Assembly (NCBI GenBank): GCA_964035545.1
Contig: OZ037769.1
Span: 1-64,000 of the forward strand
Length of the DNA: 64,000 bases
Source: Bugula neritina
Lineage: Eukaryota; Animalia; Bryozoa
Direction of reading: 5' to 3'
Positions 49,957 through 64,000 of this stretch are shown here, in pieces (within the stretch, counting starts at the first letter, position 1; each line of letters begins with the position of its first letter). The translations under genes were made by a program, and so were the position numbers. The notes under the pieces were generated by a model. It did not search any database. It saw only the letters and a program-made list of their open reading frames with translations, and was not told the origin of the DNA.

Positions 49957-52900
49957 TTATTTAATGGAGCCTCTAGACTGTAGCTTTCTTGGCTTAGTGG
50001 TGGCTGAAGCTGCAGGAGTTTTATTCATTGATCTCTTGCCATGTTTGTGAGCTGTTGACCTGTGGTTCTGTTTACTCTCCAGTCGTTCTGCAGAATGTTA
50101 TGTGATAACACGTGAGATTAGAAACTGAATGCATCAGTCTATAAAGTTTAATATAGATATGCATTGGCTCACCTAAAAACTCAGTAGAGAGCAGGTCGGC
50201 ATCTTCTAACAGAGGGATATATTTTATTCCTTTGCCTTCACCTATAATAGTTTACAAAACCATATTCATTTTATAAATGTTAGCAAACTATACTTTTAAT
50301 TTGTGCTAAGCTTTGCTGTTACTGTCAAACAGTTGGTTAATCTGAGAGTGTGACTGCTGCTAGAAATAATTGCTGGAAGATGAGGCAAGTGAAACATTAC
50401 TGCTTACTGTAAACAGCACACGAGACAGCACTATCTGAAAGGAACGAGATAGCACAAGTTATTAAAGAGTGTGAGCTCACTTTCCACTTGCAGAAGGACG
50501 TAAACCTCCTTGTCTCTAAGAATCTCACTGGCATACTGGTGAAGATGTTCCCTCAAGTCTTTAGGGTTCCCAACGCAGTCACACAATTCTATTTCCGCTA
50601 AAATAGTTGTCAGTTCAATCATTTTCACTGAATGAACTAACCAGTATGAACTAACTAGTATGAACTAACCAGTATGAACTAACCAGTATGAACTAACCAG
50701 TATGAACTAACTAGTATGAACTAACCAGTATGAACTAACCAGTATGAACTAACCAGTATGAACTAACCAGTATGAACTAACTAATATGAACTAACCAGTA
50801 TGAACTAACTAATATGAACTAACCAGTATGAACTAACTAATATGAACTAACTAGTATGAACTAACCAGTATGAACTATGAACTAACTAGTATGAACTAAC
50901 TAGTATGAACTAACCAGTATGAACTAACCAGTATGAACTAACTAGTATGAACTAACTAATATGAACTAACTAGTATGAACTAACTAGTATGAACTAACCA
51001 GTATGAACTAACCAGTATGAACTAACTAATATGAACTAACCAGTATGAACTAACTAATATGAACTAACCAGTATGAACTAACTAGTATGAACTAACTAGT
51101 ATGAACTAACTAGTATGAACTAACCAGTATGAACTAACCAGTATGAAGTAACCAGTATGAACTAACTAGTATGAACTAACCAGTATGAACTAACTAGTAT
51201 GAACTAACTAGTATGAACTAACTAGTATGAACTAACTAGTATGAACTAACTAATATGAACTAACCAGTATGAACTAACCAGTATGAACTAACTAGTATGA
51301 ACTAACCAGTATGAACTAACTAGTATGAACTAATCAGTATGAACTAACTAGTATGAACTAACCAGTATGAACTAACTAATATGAACTAACCAGTATGAAC
51401 TAACCAGTATGAACTAACCAGTATGAACTAACTAGTATGAACTAACTAGTATGAACTAACCAGTATGAACTAACCAGTATGAACTAACTAGTATGAACTA
51501 ACTAGTATGAACTAACTAGAATGAACTAACCAGTATGAACTAACCAGTATGAACTAACCAGTATGAACTAACTAGTATGAACTAACTAGTATGAACTAAC
51601 TAGTATGAACTAACTAGTATGAACTAACCAGTATGAACTAACCAGTATGAACTAACCAGTATGAACTAACTAGTATGAACTAACCAGTATGAACTAACTA
51701 GTATGAACTAACTAGTATGAACTAACTAGTATGAACTAACCAGTATGAACTAACCAGTATGAACTAACCAGTATGAACTAACTAGTATGAACTAACTAGT
51801 ATGAACTAACCAGTATGAACTAACTAGTATGAACTAACTAGTATGAACTAACTAGTATGAACTAACCAGTATGAACTAACTAGTATGAACTAACCAGTAT
51901 GAACTAACCAGCATGAACTAACCAGTATGAACTAACTAGTATGAACTAACTAGTATGAACTAACTAGTATGAACTAACCAGTATGAACTAACCAGTATGA
52001 ACTAACTAGTATGAACTAACTAGTATGAACTAACTAGTATGAACTAACCAGTATGAACTAACCAGTATGAACTAACCAGTATGAACTAACTAGTATGAAC
52101 TAACTAGTATGAACTAACCAGTATGAACTAACCAGTATGAACTAACCAGTATGAACTAACTAGTATGAACTAATCAGTATGAACTAACTAATATGAACTA
52201 ACCAGTATGAACTAACTAATATGAACTAACCAGTATGAACTAACCAGTATGAACTAACTAGTATGAACTAACCAGTATGAACTAACTAGTATGAACTAAC
52301 TAGTATGAACTAACTAATATGAACTAACCAGTATGAACTAACTAGTATGAACTAACCAGTATGAACTAACTAGTATGAACTAACCAGTATGAACTAACTA
52401 GTATGAACTAACCAGTATGAACTAACTAGTATGAACTAACCAGTATGAACTAACTAGTATGAACTAACTAGTATGAACTAACTAGTATGAACTAACCAGT
52501 ATGAACTAACCAGCATGAACTAACCAGTATGAACTAACCAGTATGAACTAACTAATATGAACTAATCAGTATGAACTAACCAGCATGAACTAACTAGTAT
52601 GAACTAACTAGTATGAACTAACCAGTATGAACTAACTAATATGAACTAACCAGTATGAACTAACTAATATGAACTAACCAGTATGAACTAACTAATATGA
52701 ACTAACCAGTATGAACTAACTAGTATGAACTAACTAGTATGAACTAACCAGTATGAACTAACTAGTATGAACTAATCAGTATGAACTAACTAATATGAAC
52801 TAACCAGTATGAACTAACTAATATGAACTAACCAGTATGAACTAACCAGTATGAACTAACTAGTATGAACTAACTAGTATGAACTAACTAGTATGAACTA

Positions 52901-55900
52901 ACCAGTATGAACTAACCAGTATGAACTAACTAGTATGAACTAACTAGTATGAACTAACTAGTATGAACTGACCAGTATGAACTAACTAGTATGAACTAAC
53001 CAGTATGAACTAACCAGTATGAACTAACCAGTATGAACTAACTAGTATGAACTAACCAGTATGAACTAACTAGTATGAACTAACCAGTATGAACTAACCA
53101 GCATGAACTAACCAGTATGAACTAACTAGTATGAACTAACTAGTATGAACTAACTAGTATGAACTAACCAGTATGAACTAACCAGTATGAACTAACTAGT
53201 ATGAACTAACTAGTATGAACTAACTAGTATGAACTAACCAGTATGAACTAACCAGTATGAACTAACCAGTATGAACTAACTAGTATGAACTAACTGGTAT
53301 GAACTAACTGGTATGAACTAACTAGTATGAACTAACTAGTATGAACTAACCAGTATGAACTAACCAGTATGAACTAACTAGTATGAACTAACCAGTATGA
53401 ACTAACCAGTATGAACTAACCAGTATGAACTAACTAGTATGAACTAACTAGTATGAACTAACTAGTATGAACTAACTAGTATGAACTAACTAGTATGAAC
53501 TAACCAGTATGAACTAACTAGTATGAACTAACTAGTATGAACTAACTAGAATGAACTAACCAGTATGAACTAACCAGTATGAACTAACTAGTATGAACTA
53601 ACCAGTATGAACTAATCAGTATGAACTAACTAGTATGAACTAACCAGTATGAACTAACCAGTATGAACTAACCAGTATGAACTAACTAGTATGAACTAAC
53701 TAGTATGAACTAACTAGTATGAACTAACCAGTATGAACTAACCAGTATGAACTAACCAGTATGAACTAACCAGTATGAACTAACTAGTATGAACTAACTA
53801 GTATGAACTAACCAGTATGAACTAACTAGTATGAACTAACCAGTATGAACTAACTAGTATGAACTAACTAGTATGAACTAACTAGTATGAACTAACTAGT
53901 ATGAACTAACTAGTATGAACTAACCAGTATGAACTAACCAGTATGAACTAACTAGTATGAACTAACTAGTATGAACTAACCAGTATGAACTAACCAGTAT
54001 GAACTAACTAGTATGAACTAACCAGTATGAACTAACTAGTATGAACTAACTAGTATGAACTAACTAGTATGAACTAACTAGTATGAACTAACTAGTATGA
54101 ACTAACCAGTATGAACTAACTAGTATGAACTAACTAGTATGAACTAACTAGTATGAACTAACTAGTATGAACTAACTAGTATGAACTAACTAGTATGAAC
54201 TAACTAGTATGAACTAACTAGTATGAACTAACCAGTATGAACTAACTAGTATGAACTAACTAGTATGAACTAACTAGTATGAACTAACTAGTATGAACTA
54301 ACCAGTATGAACTAACTAGTATGAACTAATCAGTATGAACTAACCAGCATGAACTAACTAGTATGAACTAACTAGTATGAACTAACTAGTATGAACTAAC
54401 TAGTATGAACTAACTAGTATGAACTAACTAGTATGAACTAACTAGTATGAACTAACTAGTATGAACTAACTAATATGAACTAACCAGTATGAACTAACCA
54501 GTATGAACTAACTAGTATGAACTAACCAGCATGAACTAACCAGCATGAACTAACTAGTATGAACTAACTAGTATGAACTAACTAGTATGAACTAACCAGT
54601 ATGAACTAACTAGTATGAACTAACCAGTATGAACTAATCAGTATGAACTAACCAGTATGAACTAACCAGTATGAACTAACTAGTATGAACTAACTAGTAT
54701 GAACTAACCAGTATGAACTAACCAGTATGAACTAACTAGTATGAACTAACCAGTATGAACTAACTAGTATGAACTAACTAGTATGAACTAACTAGTATGA
54801 ACTAACTAGTATGAACTAACTAGTATGAACTAACTAGTATGAACTAACCAGTATGAACTAACTAGTATGAACTAACTAGTATGAACTAACTAGTATGAAC
54901 TAACTAGTATGAACTAACTAGTATGAACTAACTAGTATGAACTAACTAGTATGAACTAACTAGTATGAACTAACCAGTATGAACTAACTAGTATGAACTA
55001 ACTAGTATGAACTAACTAGTATGAACTAACTAGTATGAACTAACCAGTATGAACTAACTAGTATGAACTAATCAGTATGAACTAACCAGCATGAACTAAC
55101 TAGTATGAACTAACTAGTATGAACTAACTAGTATGAACTAACTAGTATGAACTAACTAGTATGAACTAACTAGTATGAACTAACTAGTATGAACTAACTA
55201 GTATGAACTAACTAATATGAACTAACCAGTATGAACTAACCAGTATGAACTAACTAGTATGAACTAACCAGCATGAACTAACTAGTATGAACTAACTAGT
55301 ATGAACTAACTAGTATGAACTAACCAGTATGAACTAATCAGTATGAACTAACCAGCATGAACTAACTAGTATGAACTAACTAGTATGAACTAACTAGTAT
55401 GAACTAACTAGTATGAACTAACTAGTATGAACTAACTAGTATGAACTAACTAGTATGAACTAACTAGTATGAACTAACCAGTATGAACTAACTAGTATGA
55501 ACTAACTAGTATGAACTAACTAGTATGAACTAACTAGTATGAACTAACTAGTATGAACTAACTAGTATGAACTAACTAGTATGAACTAACTAGTATGAAC
55601 TAACTAATATGAACTAACCAGTATGAACTAACCAGTATGAACTAACTAGTATGAACTAACCAGCATGAACTAACTAGTATGAACTAACTAGTATGAACTA
55701 ACTAGTATGAACTAACCAGTATGAACTAATCAGTATGAACTAACCAGTATGAACTAACTAGTATGAACTAACTAGAATGAACTAACCAGTATGAACTAAC
55801 CAGTATGAACTAACTAGTATGAACTAACTAGTATGAACTAACCAGTATGAACTAACCAGTATGAACTAACCAGTATGAACTAACCAGTATGAACTAACTA

Positions 55901-57448
55901 GTATGAACTAACTAGTATGAACTAACCAGTATGAACTAACTAATATGAACTAACCAGTATGAACTAACCAGCATGAACTAACTAGTATGAACTAACCAGT
56001 ATGAACTAACTAGTATGAACTAACTAGTATGAACTAACTAGTATGAACTAACCAGTATGAACTAATCAGTATGAACTAACCAGTATGAACTAACTAGTAT
56101 GAACTAACTAGAATGAACTAACCAGTATGAACTAACCAGTATGAACTAACTAGTATGAACTAACTAGTATGAACTAACCAGTATGAACTAACCAGCATGA
56201 ACTAACCAGTATGAACTAACCAGTATGAACTAACTAGTATGAACTAACTAATATGAACTAACTAGTATGAACTAACCAGTATGAACTAACTAGTATGAAC
56301 TAACTAGTATGAACTAACTAGTATGAACTAACTAGTATGAACTAACTAGTATGAACTAACTAGTATGAACTAACTAGTATGAACTAACTAGTATGAACTA
56401 ACTAATATGAACTAACCAGTATGAACTAACCAGTATGAACTAACTAGTATGAACTAACCAGCATGAACTAACTAGTATGAACTAACCAGTATGAACTAAC
56501 CAGTATGAACTAACCAGTATGAACTAACCAGTATGAACTAACCAGTATGAACTAACCAGTATGAACTAACTAGTATGAACTAACTAGAAACTGTTCAGCT
56601 TACCCCAAGGTGCAATTCCACACTTGCATCTAATTTCGTCCAACAAAGACACAGTCTTACAGTCAGGGTTAAAAACAGCTTCTTCGTGTGCTAGTAGAGT
56701 ACAATAAACTAGTAAAGTATTATATTATATACAGTGTATAGCATATACAGTATTATATTATATACAGTGTATAGCATATACAGTATTATATTATATACAG
56801 TGTATAGCATATACAGTATTACATTATATACAGTGTATAGCATATACAGTATTATATTATATACAGTGTGTAGCATATACAGTATTATATTATATACAGT
56901 GTATAGCATATACAGTATTATATTATATACAGTGTATAGCATATACAGTATTATATTATATACAGTGTATAGCATATACAGTATTATATTATATACAGTG
57001 TATAGCATATACAGTATTATATTATATACAGTGTATAGCATATACAGTATTATATTATATACAGTGTATAGTATATACAGTATTATATTATATACAGTGT
57101 ATAGCATATACAGTATTATATTATATACAGTGTATAGCATATACAGTATTATATTATATACAGTGTATAGCATATACAGTATTATATTATATACAGTGTA
57201 TAGCATATACAGTTTTATATTATATACAGTGTATAGCATATACAGTTTTATATTATATACAGTGTATAGCATATACAGTATTATATTATATACAGTGTAT
57301 AGCATATACAGTTTTATATTATATACAGTGTATAGCATATACAGTTTTATATTATATACAGTATTATATTATACACAGTGTATACCTGTAGTACTACACT
57401 ATATTTCACTCTGAGTGACTCACCCCCAAACTTCACTACAACAAACAT
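49957..57448 (-). CDS. CXorf65/C22orf15-family protein (Pfam Il2rg-like), 142 aa, 5 exons
   Basis: Exons 57424-57448, 56604-56690, 50481-50597, 50173-50241 and 49957-50087 are all GT-AG, phase 1, total 429 nt: MFVVVKFGAHEEAVFNPDCKTVSLLDEIRCKCGIAPWAEIELCDCVGNPKDLREHLHQYASEILRDKEVYVLLQVESEGKGIKYIPLLEDADLLSTEFLERLESKQ...SRGSIK*. The pattern MF..VxFG..NxxC..LL..IR..IxLxD..YVL..YxPLL plus a basic tail is typical of the family. AATAAA signals lie at ~49825-49847 (-). Confidence 0.85.
50632..56588 (+). repeat. 14-bp minisatellite ATGAACTAAC[C/T]AGT, ~425 copies, filling intron 2 of the CXorf65-like gene
   Basis: Tandem repeats with variants CCAGT, CTAGT, CTAAT, TCAGT, CCAGC and CTAGA. Confidence 0.97.
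56719..57383 (+). repeat. 33-bp minisatellite (TATAGCATATACAGTATTATATTATATACAGTG), ~20 copies, intron 1
   Basis: Tandem repeats; source of the MLYTVYNIILY ORFs. Confidence 0.95.
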
Positions 57449-57806
57449 GTTGGAAAGACCGCAGCTTGTCCAATAAACTTGAGGGGATTGGCAGCTGATA
57501 TGCAGCGATGTTATATAATATTTATTGGCAGCCAGTGATATAATGAGGCAGCAAACATTAAACAAGTAACCCAACACTTTGTACACAAAGAGAGAGCAGA
57601 CAGCGCTAGTAACTAGCCATTCTACAGTGTTAAACAAATTAGTGTTGAAGAAAACAAAGGGTAGTGCAGCTACAAACAATAGCAGTAGAAAGTAGACTGA
57701 ATTCCTAGCAAAACAGCATTGTGTATACTCAGGGGACTAGGGCAGCCTGTTCAATGTTCACAATGAGTAAGGAGACTAAGGTAAGCTCCATTTGTCTACT
57801 GTACCA

Positions 57807-58800
57807 TATAGTAGTAGAGTAGAAAGTGTATACTATAGTAATAGAGTAGAAAGTGTATACTATAGTAGTAGAGTAGAAAGTGTATACTATAGTAATAGAG
57901 TAGAAAGTGTATTCTATAGTAATAGAGTAGAAAGTTTATTCTATAGTAATAGAGTAGAAAGTGTATTCTATAGTAATAGAGTAGTAAGTGTATTCTATAG
58001 TAATAGAGTAGAAAGTGTATTCTATAGTAATAGAGTAGAAAGTGTATTCTATAGTAATAGAGTAGTAAGTGTATTCTATAGTAGTAGAGTAGAAAGTGTA
58101 TACTATAGTAATAGAGTAGAAAGTGTATTCTATAGTAATAGAGTAGAAAGTGTATTCTATAGTAATAGAGTAGTAAGTGTATTCTATAGTAGTAGAGTAG
58201 AAAGTGTATACTATAGTAATAGAGTAGAAAGTGTATACTATAGTAATAGAGTAGAAAGTGTATTCTATAGTAATAGAGTAGTAAGTGTATACTATAGTAG
58301 TAGAGTAGAAAGTGTATTCTATAGTAATAGAGTAGAAAGTGTATACTATAGTAATAGAGTAGAAAGTGTATACTATAGTAATAGAGTAGTAAGTGTATAC
58401 TATAGTAATAGAGTAGAAAGTGTATTCTATAGTAATAGAGTAGAAAGTGTATACTATAGTAATAGAGTAGAAAGTGTATACTATAGTAATAGAGTAGTAA
58501 GTGTATTCTATAGTAATAGAGTAGAAAGTGTATACTATAGTAATAGAGTAGTAAGTGTATTCTATAGTAATAGAGTAGAAAGTGTATTCTATAGTAATAG
58601 AGTAGTAAGTGTATACTATAGTAGTAGAGTAGAAAGTGTATACTATAGTAATAGAGTAGAAAGTGTATACTATAGTAATAGAGTAGAAAGTGTATACTAT
58701 AGTAATAGAGTAGAAAGTGTATACTATAGTAATAGAGTAGAAAGTGTATACTATAGTAATAGAGTAGAAAGTGTATTCTATAGTAATAGAGTAGAAAGTT
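57807..58800 (+). repeat. 27-bp minisatellite (TAGTAATAGAGTAGAAAGTGTAT[A/T]CTA), ~37 copies
   Basis: Tandem repeats between the CXorf65-like start and the POLDIP2 3' end; source of the 344-aa SNRVESVYY ORF. Confidence 0.95.
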
Positions 58801-59101
58801 TATACCATATAAATAAATTTATTTAATGACTCATCGTTTAATTACAGAGCATGTGTTGAATGAATTTGAAAAAAAGCTAAACGTAGCAGTCACACCACAG
58901 ATATAGTGGAACTAACACAACTTGAGATAAACAAGGAAATAGGCCTAAATATACAAATTAAATACAAATATGGCTTACAGAATCTGCAAGATAGAGAAGA
59001 CAACTTCTTGGCACATGATGTGAACAATACATGACTTATGATCATATTATGAGAGACCACTTCTTGTGCTGACTCAGATATTAATCTGCTGACCGGAGAA
59101 A

Positions 59102-59104
<3 letters not shown>

Positions 59105-59149
<45 letters not shown>
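59105..59149 (+). repeat. (GA)n microsatellite in the probable POLDIP2 3' UTR
   Basis: ~22 AG dinucleotides. Confidence 0.9.
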
Positions 59150-59150
<1 letters not shown>

Positions 59151-59207
59151 GCTGTTTGTTTGATGTAGAGCAGGGTATATACAGGATGGGGTCAGAATTC
59201 TATTCTG

Positions 59208-63983
<4,776 letters not shown>

Positions 63984-64000
63984 CTGGAGAGTATAGCATA

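Noticed and set aside
50632-56588. CRISPR-like or coding interpretation of the 14-bp array
   Set aside because: There are no unique spacers and no cas genes; it is a simple tandem repeat in a eukaryotic intron.

Overview
The left end of a metazoan chromosome. A ~10.35 kb (CCCCAAA)n telomere (TTTGGGG on the G-strand, not the ancestral animal TTAGGG) joins abruptly to a ~28 kb T-rich subtelomeric array. The array holds about five mosaic 4-6 kb units with conserved splice-site-bounded non-coding exon-like blocks, MITE-like insertions and one near-perfect 6036-bp duplication. Next come an intron-containing PSMB7 pseudogene (+), a C2H2 zinc-finger pseudogene (-) inside a probable minus-strand non-coding unit, and a lone tRNA-Cys(GCA). 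The first intact genes follow: a complete 5-exon CXorf65/C22orf15-family gene (-) and the last six exons of POLDIP2 (-). Most introns are packed with their own private minisatellite, several of them abutting or overlapping splice sites. The best candidate for a new system is inferred, not shown: two convergent, U-rich, spliced non-coding units with related promoter/start motifs, built from gene and transposon debris (piRNA-cluster-like) and bounded internally by the tRNA gene. All alignments and folds were done by eye.
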